Shown piece after piece: positions 8,623 through 17,733 of a DNA stretch of 64,000 bases. The notes under the pieces were generated by a model. That model searched no databases and was not told the origin of the DNA. It worked only from the letters and a program-made list of their open reading frames with translations. The position numbers and the translations under genes were made by a program. The stretch is from the NCBI GenBank assembly GCA_041687695.1, contig JAWLBL010000020.1:80647-144646 (forward strand), read 5' to 3'. This stretch comes from Myxococcota bacterium. GTDB taxonomy: Bacteria; Myxococcota_A; UBA9042; PHBI01; JAWLBL01. Numbering within the stretch: the first letter of the stretch is position 1; every line of letters starts with the position of its first letter.

Positions 8623-11547
8623 TCAGGGGCTCGGCGGCAGCCGGTCCTCGAGCTCGCCCTCGATCGGCGTCGGCCGCTCGGCCCCCGGCGGCGGCTCCGT
8701 CGGGCGCACGTACTCGCGCCCCAGCCACAGCGGCTCCTCGGGCTTGCGGAACAGCGGCTGATAGGGCGCCGCCGCCAGCACCTCGGTCTCGGTGATGGCC
8801 TTCTCGCGCCGCTGCATCATGTCCATGACGTGGCTGACGCGCTTGACCCACCAGTGGTTGAGCGTCTGCGCCTCCCACTGCTTGTAGCCGGCGTGCGGGT
8901 ACGGCTTGAGCCCCATGATGAACGCCGCCTCGAGCGGCGACAGCTCCCACGGGAGCTTGCCGAAGTAGTGCCGTGACGCCCGCTTGATGCCGTACAGATC
9001 CGGTCCGTACTCGATGACGTTGATGTACATCGTCAGGATCTCGTCCTTGGTCAGGACGCGTTCCATCTGCCAGCTGATGATCAGCTCCTCGAGCTTGCGC
9101 GCCAGCGTCTTCTCTCGGGTCAGGTACAGGTTCTTGACCAGCTGCTGCGTGATCGTGCTGCCGCCGTAGACGAAGCGCTCTTTTTCGAGGTCCAGCTTCA
9201 GCGCCCGCGCGACCAGCTCCCAGCGCACGCCCTTGTGGTTGAGGAAGTTGCGGTCCTCGGTCACGATCGCCGCCGCCTTCACGAAGTCCGGCAGCAGGTG
9301 CGAGGCCACCCACTCGCGCGTCCCCGGCCCGACCTTGACGTGCTCGAGCCGCCCCCGCGTCGGCTCGACCGGGTGGTGCACGAACCCCCGCCCCCTGAGC
9401 GCCTCCAGATCGATCTCACGCCCGAGCGACAGCACCTCGCACCGCTCGACGTCGCCGTCGACCTTCAGCTCGAGCTCGGCCGGCTTGTCCAGATCGACCG
9501 TCAGCAGGGCATCGAACTGCATCTCCCCCCGCAGCCGCCATCCGGCGAGGCGCGGCACCAGCACCTCGGGGATCGCCTCGGCCACCCGATCGCACCGCTG
9601 CCGCGGCATCGACACCCGCGCGTCCACCTTGCCCCGCTGCCCCGGCGGCCGCTCCAGCGTCAGGCTCCCCGTCAGCCGGGCCTGCCCCAGCCGCATCGAC
9701 TCCAGCTGTAGCCGCGCCCGGTGGCGCTCGGGCTCGACCTCGACCGTGAACCCGACCTCACCCTCGAGCCCTCGCACCGGCGCGTGCGAGATGCGCCAGC
9801 TCTGGAACCCGAAGTCCCGCACCTTGGCCGTCCCGACCGCCTTGTGCGGCCGCCCCGGCCCCTCGGGCGGCCGGTAGTCGAAGCGCACGTCGACCTCGGC
9901 GTCCGGCTCGACGACGAGGTGATCGCTGAAGCGGCTGACGATGTGCGCGAAGTCCTTGCCGCGGACCTGCCCCTGCACCTGCTGCAGCGCCCCGTCGCGC
10001 CCCACCGACACGCTCAGCTCGAACGCCCCGGTGGCCCCCGACGCCCGGACGATCAGCGCGTCCGAGGCCACGACCCGCGTCCCGTCCGCCCGCCGCGCGA
10101 CGGTCACGCCCAGCTGATCCAGCCCGAAGACCCCCTGTCCGCCCGCCGCGTCGTCGACCATCAGCAGCCGCCCGTCACGGACCTCCAACGCCAGCTCACC
10201 CAGCCGCGCCAGGAGTCCGTCCTCGAACCCGGCGCGCACCGGCAACGCGGGCAGCGGCGCCCCCTCGGTGCCGGCCACCGCCGCCGGCTGGGCCGCGTCC
10301 AGGAACGTCGACAGCAGCCGGTGCCCCGGCATCGCCTGCAGCGCCGACCGATCGTGCACCGACAGCCGCAGCTCGGGGCCCGACACGGTCACCGCCTTCA
10401 GCGCGTCCAGCGGCTCGCCCGCGATCAGCGGCGCCCACGGGGCCTCGACCAGATCCACGGCCACCGCCCCCACCCGGATCCGCGCCGCGCCACCCCCCGG
10501 GGCCAGCTTCACGTCCCGCGCGACCACTCGCGTCGGACGCACCGGCAGGGGCCCGTCGTCGGCCGGCGCCAGCGCCAGCTCGACCTCGGCCACCTCGAGG
10601 CGCCGCCCACCCCGCGCGGCGACGACCTTCGCGGCCTCGACCGCGCGCACGCGCTCGGGACGGGGCACCACCGACGCTCCGTCGTCCGTCGCCACCAGCC
10701 GTCCGACCGCGAGGGTCGCATCGCCGAGCGTCACCGAGACATCGGCGAGCTCGGTCGCGCCCTCGCCGACCGCCCGCGACACCCCGCCCACGCTCGCGAC
10801 GACCGGTCGCCCAGCGTGCACGCCCCGGACCGACAGGCCCGACGCGAACTCGGCCCGCGCCACGCCCGCGTCCCACTCGAAGCGTCCGGCCACCGGCTCC
10901 GCCCCGGCGTCCACCCGCGCCTGGGCCCGCGCCGACACGCGGCGCTCCTCGTCTCGCGCGAGGCGGCCCGACACGTCGCGCAGCCTCAGTCGGGGAAGCG
11001 ACACGTCGCGGACCCCGGCGAGCGTCACGTCCAGCGCGCCGCCCTCCACCTCCACCGTCAGCGGCCGCGCCGGCCCGGCCTCGGCTCCGGGCGCCTTCGC
11101 GCCCGGACCACGCAGCGCCTCGACCAGATCCTCCAGATCGTGCCCGCCGTCGACGCGCGCCGCGACCGCGGCCTCCAGCCCCGCCAGGGTGACGTGATCG
11201 GGCCTCCGGCGCCCCGAGAGGACGGCCAGCGGCGTGAGATCGGTCCGGACCTCGGCCACGGCGATCTGGGGCGAGACCCCGTCCGGTCGCGTGACGCGCA
11301 CGTCCCGCAGGACCAGCCCGGTCGTCACGCCCAGCTCGATGCGTCCCACGACGACGCGCCGGCCGGTCCGCTGCTCCAGCGTGTCCAGCCGCGCGCGCAG
11401 CTCGCCCTGGGCCATCGACGCGGCGACCGAGGCCCCCAGCCCAAGGACCGCCAGGGCGGTCACGACGCCCGTGAGCGCCCAGGCCCAGCGCGGCCACCGT
11501 CGGCGCGCGGGCAGGAGGAAGCGAGGGCGTGCGGGTCCGGTGTCCAT
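8623..11547 (-). CDS. GT51 peptidoglycan transglycosylase (no transpeptidase) with long N-terminal beta-rich/AsmA-like region
   Basis: TEDRNFLNHKGV, GGSTITQQLVKNLYL, RKLEE, KDEILTMYIN motifs at C-terminus; N-terminal TM helix. Confidence 0.85.
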   Translation of the reverse strand: MDTGPARPRFLLPARRRWPRWAWALTGVVTALAVLGLGASVAASMAQGELRARLDTLEQRTGRRVVVGRIELGVTTGLVLRDVRVTRPDGVSPQIAVAEVRTDLTPLAVLSGRRRPDHVTLAGLEAAVAARVDGGHDLEDLVEALRGPGAKAPGAEAGPARPLTVEVEGGALDVTLAGVRDVSLPRLRLRDVSGRLARDEERRVSARAQARVDAGAEPVAGRFEWDAGVARAEFASGLSVRGVHAGRPVVASVGGVSRAVGEGATELADVSVTLGDATLAVGRLVATDDGASVVPRPERVRAVEAAKVVAARGGRRLEVAEVELALAPADDGPLPVRPTRVVARDVKLAPGGGAARIRVGAVAVDLVEAPWAPLIAGEPLDALKAVTVSGPELRLSVHDRSALQAMPGHRLLSTFLDAAQPAAVAGTEGAPLPALPVRAGFEDGLLARLGELALEVRDGRLLMVDDAAGGQGVFGLDQLGVTVARRADGTRVVASDALIVRASGATGAFELSVSVGRDGALQQVQGQVRGKDFAHIVSRFSDHLVVEPDAEVDVRFDYRPPEGPGRPHKAVGTAKVRDFGFQSWRISHAPVRGLEGEVGFTVEVEPERHRARLQLESMRLGQARLTGSLTLERPPGQRGKVDARVSMPRQRCDRVAEAIPEVLVPRLAGWRLRGEMQFDALLTVDLDKPAELELKVDGDVERCEVLSLGREIDLEALRGRGFVHHPVEPTRGRLEHVKVGPGTREWVASHLLPDFVKAAAIVTEDRNFLNHKGVRWELVARALKLDLEKERFVYGGSTITQQLVKNLYLTREKTLARKLEELIISWQMERVLTKDEILTMYINVIEYGPDLYGIKRASRHYFGKLPWELSPLEAAFIMGLKPYPHAGYKQWEAQTLNHWWVKRVSHVMDMMQRREKAITETEVLAAAPYQPLFRKPEEPLWLGREYVRPTEPPPGAERPTPIEGELEDRLPPSP

Positions 11548-11824
11548 GGGCGCGGCAGCTCGGAGGGCCGGTGGGAGGGTGACGGGAGCGGGCTGGGAGG
11601 CGGCGCCCCGGAAACGCCTGTCCCGTCCGGGCTATTCTAGCGCGCCCGGGCGCGGCCGTCAGATGTAGCGCAACCGTAGGCGATCGTGGAGCTTTTCGCG
11701 ACCCGGTCGCGGCGGCGGCGGCCCCATGGCCCGATCCTGCGCGCCGACTCGGGGTTTGCCCTTTGATCGTGGGCCGGGCGCCGACTATGCTTCCGACTCC
11801 CTGTCGCTTGGAGGCCGGACGCCC

Positions 11825-13879
11825 ATGATGTCCCGCTCGCTCGTCGCCTGCCTCGCCCTCGGCACCCTCACGCTCCTCGTGGCGCCCCCGGCCGCCGCCC
11901 AATGCTCGGCTGGCACGCAGGTCGGCGCCTGCCCCGCCGGCATCGGCTACGAGGGCTGCTGCGACACGGCCAGCGTCGTGCGTTGGTGCGAGGGGGCCGC
12001 GCTGTGCGAGATCGACTGCTCGAGCAATGCCGGACTGCCTCCGAGTTGTTGCCAGCCCACGACGACCTACGCCGGCGCCGACGCGTGCGGCGATCCCGCG
12101 GTCGTCAACTGCGTCTGCAACGCAGATTCGTGGTGCTGTACCAATTACTGGGACGAGCTGTGCGTCAGCCAGGCCGAGAGCTGCGGGGTCAACTGCGGGG
12201 CGTCGGCCATCTACTGCGGCTGGAAAGGCGCGGCCGGCTACTACGACTGCAACTCGACGCCGACCGCCGAACCGACCGGCACCCATCCGCAGATGTGCGG
12301 CGGCTGCGTCCCCGACTGCGCCGGCAAGACCTGCGGCGACGACGGCTGCGGCGGGACCTGCGGCACGTGCGGCGGCGGGGCGACCTGCGTCGGCGGGACC
12401 TGCCAGTCTTCGTGTGTGCCGTTCTGCAGCGGCAAGCAGTGCGGCCCCGACGGGTGCGGCGGGACCTGCGGCACGTGCCCCACGGGCCACTCGTGCTCGA
12501 GCGGCGGGATGTGCGTCTGCTCGCCCACCTGCTTCGGCAAGCAGTGTGGTGACGACGGCTGCGGCGGCAGCTGCGGCACCTGCCTCAGCGGCCAGAGCTG
12601 TCAGTCCGGCGTGTGCCAGGACGGCACCTGCACGCCGTCGTGCTCCGGCAAGGCTTGCGGTTCGGACGGCTGCGGCGGGCTGTGCGGCACGTGCGGCGCG
12701 GGCCAGACCTGCAATGCCAGCGGGCAGTGCGTGTCGACCTGCACGCCCCAATGCGGCGGCAAGACCTGCGGGGCCGACGGCTGCGGCGGGCAGTGCGGGT
12801 TCTGCGGCACGGGGCAGACCTGCAACGCCAGCGGGCAGTGCGTGTCCTCCTGCACCCCCAGCTGCGCCGGCAAGACCTGCGGCGACGACGGCTGCGGAGG
12901 GACCTGTGGCTCGTGCTTCGGCGGTCAGACCTGCAACGCCAGCGGGCAGTGCGTGTCGACCTGCGCGCCCAACTGCGCCGGCAAGGTCTGCGGCCCGGAC
13001 GGGTGCGGCGGGACGTGCGGCAGCTGCCCGGGCGGCCAGGTGTGCAACGTGTCGGGCCAGTGCACCAGCAGCTGCGCGCCCTCCTGCGCGGGCAAGGTCT
13101 GCGGCGACGACGGGTGCGGGGGCAGCTGCGGCGCCTGCGGCGCGGGCGAGACCTGCGTGTCGGGCGCGTGCCAGACCAGCGGCAGCTGCACGCCGGACTG
13201 CGCGGGCAAGTCCTGCGGGACGGACGGCTGCGGCGGTGTCTGTGGAACCTGCCAGGCGGGGTGGGTCTGCCAGAGCGGGCAGTGCAAGAACACCTGCGTG
13301 CCCCAGTGCACCGGCAAGCAGTGCGGCGACGACGGCTGCGGGGGCAGCTGCGGCGAGTGCGGCGAGGGGCAGTTCTGCACCATCACCGGCGCCTGCGCCG
13401 AGGGCTGCCTGCCCGACTGCGCCGGCCGGGAGTGCGGTGACGACGGGTGCGGCGGGGCCTGCGGCGAGTGCGTCGAGCAGGAGATCTGCAACGCCTCGGG
13501 GCTGTGCCAGGAGCCGGGCGCCGTCTGCTCGTGTGACGGGCGGGTCTGCGGCGACGACGGCTGCGGCGAGAGCTGCGGCGAGTGCTCCGGGAACTTCTTC
13601 TGCGACGAGACCAGCGGGCAGTGCCTGGCGAAGAGCGGCGGGGGGCCCGGCACCCCGGGCGAGTGCCCGGCGGGGCAGATGTGGAGCTCCTACGCCCAGA
13701 AGTGCGTCATCGACGACGGCTCGGTGGGCATCGGCTCGGGCAACGACGGCACCACGTCGGACGGGTGCCAGGCGGGTGGACCGGGCGGCTTCGGCCTGCA
13801 GCTGCTCGCGGCCCTGGGGGCGCTCGGGCTGCTGGTGACGCGCCGACGGCGGCGGGACCTCCAGGCGTCGGTCCGATAG
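11825..13879 (+). CDS. Secreted cysteine-rich repeat surface protein with MYXO-CTERM-like sorting signal
   Basis: Signal peptide; 12 eight-Cys repeats; C-terminus DGCQAGG...LLAALGALGLLVTRRRRR. Confidence 0.85.
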   Translation: MMSRSLVACLALGTLTLLVAPPAAAQCSAGTQVGACPAGIGYEGCCDTASVVRWCEGAALCEIDCSSNAGLPPSCCQPTTTYAGADACGDPAVVNCVCNADSWCCTNYWDELCVSQAESCGVNCGASAIYCGWKGAAGYYDCNSTPTAEPTGTHPQMCGGCVPDCAGKTCGDDGCGGTCGTCGGGATCVGGTCQSSCVPFCSGKQCGPDGCGGTCGTCPTGHSCSSGGMCVCSPTCFGKQCGDDGCGGSCGTCLSGQSCQSGVCQDGTCTPSCSGKACGSDGCGGLCGTCGAGQTCNASGQCVSTCTPQCGGKTCGADGCGGQCGFCGTGQTCNASGQCVSSCTPSCAGKTCGDDGCGGTCGSCFGGQTCNASGQCVSTCAPNCAGKVCGPDGCGGTCGSCPGGQVCNVSGQCTSSCAPSCAGKVCGDDGCGGSCGACGAGETCVSGACQTSGSCTPDCAGKSCGTDGCGGVCGTCQAGWVCQSGQCKNTCVPQCTGKQCGDDGCGGSCGECGEGQFCTITGACAEGCLPDCAGRECGDDGCGGACGECVEQEICNASGLCQEPGAVCSCDGRVCGDDGCGESCGECSGNFFCDETSGQCLAKSGGGPGTPGECPAGQMWSSYAQKCVIDDGSVGIGSGNDGTTSDGCQAGGPGGFGLQLLAALGALGLLVTRRRRRDLQASVR
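12305..13624 (+). repeat. Coding tandem repeat, 12 units of ~35-38 aa (CxPxCxGKxCGxDGCGGxCGxC..C..C)
   Basis: Counted in the translation; near-identical DNA such as acctgcaacgccagcgggcagtgcgtgtc recurs at ~111-bp spacing. Confidence 0.9.
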
Positions 13880-13886
13880 AGGCGGG

Positions 13887-14669
13887 TCAGGCGCTCAGCA
13901 CGTAGAAGTCGTAAGCGGCGTGGGTCCACGCCGCGACGGCGAACCCGCGGGCCAGAAAGAGGGCCGCGAACACGCCCCCCGCCAGGGTGCGGTAGGTGAA
14001 GGCGAAGGCCTCGAAGGGCTCGCCGGCCAGGTGGTGCGCGCCCGCGAAGAGGGCGCTCGACGCGGCGACGGCCACCAGGGCGGCCAGTGTCGGAGGCATC
14101 CCCAGAAGGCGACGGGCGGCCACGAGCAGCAGCGGTACCATGGCCAGGCGGAAGACCAGCTCCTCGTGAAAGCCGGCCCCGGCCGAGATGACGACCCGGT
14201 CGACCCACTCCGACGGCACCAGCAGGGGGCCGAGGAGCTTGGCCTCCTCCATGAGGACGAGGATGACCGAGCCCATGAGCAGCCCATAGACCGTGGCCTC
14301 GAGGGCGACCGGCAGGGTCAGCAGCGCGTGGCGAGGCAGCGTCGCCCGCAGGCGCAGCGCGGCGACGACGACGGTCAGGGCGGCGACGCCCGCGATGGCC
14401 CATGCGTAGCCCTGCTCGCCGAACAGGGCCCGCAGGCCGCCGCTGACGAGATCGACGCCGTTGAGGGCGTCCTCGGAGGCCATGAGCTGTCCCAGGCCGT
14501 AGGCGAGGAATAGGGGCAGCGAGCACAGGGCGGCCGTCGCCCCCGAGCGAGAGGCCGCGTGGTACCAGGTCACCCGACGCCACCAGAGGGGAGGCGTCGA
14601 CGCGGCCTCGCGGCGGGCGGGCGCGCGTGGGGCGGCGCGGGGGGCGGAGGCGGGGGCGCGTCGCGTCAT
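13887..14669 (-). CDS. CPBP-family (Abi/CAAX type II) intramembrane glutamic protease
   Basis: EELVFR, SALFAGAHH, THAAYD motifs; multiple TM helices. Confidence 0.85.
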   Translation of the reverse strand: MTRRAPASAPRAAPRAPARREAASTPPLWWRRVTWYHAASRSGATAALCSLPLFLAYGLGQLMASEDALNGVDLVSGGLRALFGEQGYAWAIAGVAALTVVVAALRLRATLPRHALLTLPVALEATVYGLLMGSVILVLMEEAKLLGPLLVPSEWVDRVVISAGAGFHEELVFRLAMVPLLLVAARRLLGMPPTLAALVAVAASSALFAGAHHLAGEPFEAFAFTYRTLAGGVFAALFLARGFAVAAWTHAAYDFYVLSA

Positions 14670-14783
14670 GGGCCCCCCAGTCTGGGCGGCGCTCGCGAGG
14701 GCGCAAGAAAAGCGGGCGCGGGGGCGGTCCAGCACGTCGCGTCGGCGTCGGCGCCCGTCGGCTCCGCGCGCGCGACCATCGCA

Positions 14784-14812
14784 TTGACAGCCCGACGGTG
14801 ATTCGCTAGCTT
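14784..14812 (+). promoter_or_regulatory. Putative sigma70-type promoter of rpsU
   Basis: TTGACA-17 bp-TAGCTT upstream of rpsU. Confidence 0.6.
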
Positions 14813-14947
14813 GCGCGCCACTCTGACGCCGGACGCCTCACTGGTCGGCCGCCCACGACGGCCGCGTCGGACGTTTCGGCCGCAACACCATCCTTTTGAC
14901 CGGGCCCGCTTCGGTCTCGAGCCATGCCAGCGAGAAGGTGATCGTTC

Positions 14948-15181
14948 ATGTCCAGCCGCGATAGTGACCTCCGTCCGCTCGAGGTCAGGGTTGAGGGCGA
15001 CAACATCAACCGCGCCATCAACCAGCTCAAGCGCAAGATGGCCAACGAGGGCATCTACAAGGAGCTCAAGAAGCGCCGCTTCTATGAGAAGCCCTCGGAG
15101 CGCCGCAAGCGCAAGGAGCGCGAGGCCGAGCGCCGGCTGCGCAAGGCGATGCGTCGCCAGGCGCAGGCCAAGGGCCGCTGA
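14948..15181 (+). CDS. rpsU: 30S ribosomal protein S21
   Basis: INRAINQLKRK..EGIYKELKKRRFYEKPSERRKRK. Confidence 0.95.
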   Translation: MSSRDSDLRPLEVRVEGDNINRAINQLKRKMANEGIYKELKKRRFYEKPSERRKRKEREAERRLRKAMRRQAQAKGR

Positions 15182-15430
15182 ACGAAGACCGCGGCCGGGT
15201 CCGACCAGGCGCCCGCGCGCTCGTCTCGCGGGCAGCCGCCGTCGCGTGCGTCACGCGGGCCGAGCGCTCGTGCGCGTATTGCGCGGGCGCACCCTGAAGT
15301 CATCGACGCCCGGCTCGGCTGACGCGCTGGCCGCGCGGCGGATCACCCTGCGTGCGCGGCGGGCCTGAAGGCGTCCGTCAGCGTTCAGCGCCGTGGGTGG
15401 CCTCGCGCCCTTCGTGCCTGCAGGGGCCGC

Positions 15431-16342
15431 TCAGGCCCGGACGGCCGTCCGCTCGTCCTGGGCCATCAGCGCCGGCAGCGAGCGCGAGACGAAGCCCTTG
15501 CCGGGGCGATCCAGCACGCGCGCCTCGACGTGGGCCAAGCGCCCCTCGTCGAACTCGTAGACGTTGTACCGCGCGATGTGGTCGGGGTGCTCGGCCTCCC
15601 ACGTCGAGCTGCCGCACCCGACGACGTGCATCGTCCGGTACACGAAGTGGTGCGCCACGTGGGTGTGGCCGTGCAAGAGCATCCGCACGCCGGCGCGCTG
15701 GCAGGCGTCGAGTACGGCCGCGCGGTTGACCAGGCCGTGCATGCGGTCCTTGCGCCAGCCCCGCGGGTGCAGGTTGTGGTGCACCAGCGCCACCGTGAAG
15801 CCGTCCTGGAACCCGTCGGGGCCCGCCAGGGCGCTGAGGCGCTCGAGCTGGTCCGACCCGACGTGCCCATAGGCCAAAAAGGGCAGCCGGGGCAGCGCCG
15901 ACGACAGGCCGACGACGCGAAGTGGGCCGACGCGCTTGACGATGGGGTACTCGAGCGGGCCGTCGCCGTCGCCGGCGCGGCGCAGCAGGTGCGCGAAGTA
16001 CTTCTCGAAGCGCAGCGTGCGCCGGGCCCCGCGGGTGTAGACGTCGTGGTTGCCCGGGACCAGCGTCAGCTTGGCGAAGTCGGCGATGGGGGCCAGCAGC
16101 TCCTGGGCGCGCTGGAACTCGCTGTCGAGCGACAGGTTGGTGAGGTCGCCGGTCACGACCACGTGGTCGATGCCCTGGGCCTGGATGTCGGCGACGACGT
16201 CCTCGAGGATGTCCGTCGAGTGGGCGTGGCGGCGGAAGCTGACCAGGTTGCCCAGACCCGTGACGCGCTTGTTCAGGAACTGCTGGATCCGGACACCGGT
16301 CAGGTCCAGGACGTGGAGATCCGACAGGTGGGCCAGCTTCAT
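15431..16342 (-). CDS. Calcineurin-like metallophosphoesterase (Icc/CpdA-like)
   Basis: HLSDLH, VTGDLT, VPGNHD, LHGHTH motifs. Confidence 0.9.
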   Translation of the reverse strand: MKLAHLSDLHVLDLTGVRIQQFLNKRVTGLGNLVSFRRHAHSTDILEDVVADIQAQGIDHVVVTGDLTNLSLDSEFQRAQELLAPIADFAKLTLVPGNHDVYTRGARRTLRFEKYFAHLLRRAGDGDGPLEYPIVKRVGPLRVVGLSSALPRLPFLAYGHVGSDQLERLSALAGPDGFQDGFTVALVHHNLHPRGWRKDRMHGLVNRAAVLDACQRAGVRMLLHGHTHVAHHFVYRTMHVVGCGSSTWEAEHPDHIARYNVYEFDEGRLAHVEARVLDRPGKGFVSRSLPALMAQDERTAVRA

Positions 16343-16397
16343 GGCGTCCTCGGGAGTGGGGCAGGGGGGCGTTGGGCGGAGTGGCCGCGCGGGCCTT

Positions 16398-17579
16398 TCA
16401 GCGGCCGAGGGCCGCGGCCTCGCCGTCGGGGGCGGACAGGGAGTCCTCGGTCTCGTGGGTGGCGGCGAGCACACGGCTGAACGAGACCTGCCCGGTGGCC
16501 ACGTACCACAGGCCGAAGGCGGTCTGCTGGACGAGCTGGAAGAACCAGACGGTCAGGCCGAAGGCGATGGCTTGGGTGCTGCCGGTGGAGATGCCGTAGA
16601 GCCCGAGGGGGACGAGCAGGAAGTACCAGAAGCTGCCGACGTTGCCGGGCGAGTTGGGGATCATCATGCCGACGACCACGCAGGCCATCATGGCGTAGGC
16701 CCCCAGGAGGTCGACAGGCAGGTAGAAGGCCAAGGCCATGAAGTAGACGCCGAGGCCGTTGATGCCCCAGTAGAGCGCCGTCAACGCCGTGAAGGCGACG
16801 AAGGCGCGGGCGCTGGGCAGGGCGCGCAGACCGCGCAGGAAGGCGTCGAGGAGGTCGTTGATCTTGCTGGCGATGCGCGGCGACAGGCGGCCGGCGGTCG
16901 CGCGGATGAGGCGCGTCGTGAGCTGGCGCTGCCAGACCGCCCCGGCGAGGACCAGGGAGGCGCCCAGGAAGACGGCGAGCGCGGCGAAGCCGCCCAGGCG
17001 CAGGTTGTTCTGAGCGGAGAGGTCTTCGGCGGGGAGCCACGGGAGGACCAGGAAGAGCAGGAGCGAGACCATCAGGCCGTCCATCACGCGCTCGACGACC
17101 ACGGTGGCGAGGACCTCGCTCATCCGCGTGCGTCCGGGGGCCTCGCGCTTGACCAGGTAGGGGCGCACCAGCTCGCCCAGGCGGAGCGGGAACAGGAACA
17201 TGGCCATGAACCCGACCGCGCCGATGCGGTTGTGGGTCTTGAGGTCCAGCTCGACGATGGGGTCGAGCAGCGGCTTCCAGCGGATGACCCGCAGGACGTG
17301 CACCAGGGTGAGGACCAGCAGGTAGGGGAGCACCCAGGTCAGGTCCAGCAGCCAGCCGTCGCCCGAGGCGGCGACCGTGGCGGAGGGCGGCGTCGCGCTG
17401 AGCACGGCCGGCGCCGCGCTGGACGTCGTGGGGAGGTGGGCGTCGCCGACGAGCAGGTGCCCGGCCTCGACGTGCAGGGCCCCGGAGAGCTTGTCCATCG
17501 GCCAGTCGCGGGCGCTCAGCCAGACGAAGAAGGCGCCGATCGCCAGACCGAGCAGTGTTCTCGAGAGGAAGCGTCGCAA
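16398..17579 (-). CDS. Lysylphosphatidylglycerol-synthase TM (flippase-like, UPF0104) membrane protein
   Basis: RWKPLL, PLRLGELVRPY, TVVVERVMDG, IPNSPGNVG; start uncertain (TTG). Confidence 0.8.
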   Translation of the reverse strand: MRRFLSRTLLGLAIGAFFVWLSARDWPMDKLSGALHVEAGHLLVGDAHLPTTSSAAPAVLSATPPSATVAASGDGWLLDLTWVLPYLLVLTLVHVLRVIRWKPLLDPIVELDLKTHNRIGAVGFMAMFLFPLRLGELVRPYLVKREAPGRTRMSEVLATVVVERVMDGLMVSLLLFLVLPWLPAEDLSAQNNLRLGGFAALAVFLGASLVLAGAVWQRQLTTRLIRATAGRLSPRIASKINDLLDAFLRGLRALPSARAFVAFTALTALYWGINGLGVYFMALAFYLPVDLLGAYAMMACVVVGMMIPNSPGNVGSFWYFLLVPLGLYGISTGSTQAIAFGLTVWFFQLVQQTAFGLWYVATGQVSFSRVLAATHETEDSLSAPDGEAAALGR

Positions 17580-17733
17580 GGCATCTCCGCGAGGGCGGTC
17601 GCAGCCGCCGGGGCCGCTGCGGGTTGGCAACCCTAATGGCGCCATCGCCGTGGAGTCAAGGCACGGCCAGGGGCCTCACGGGCCCGCTCCAGCTGCGGCG
17701 CGGGGTGGGGGCGCCCGGGCCAACAACCCCGAC

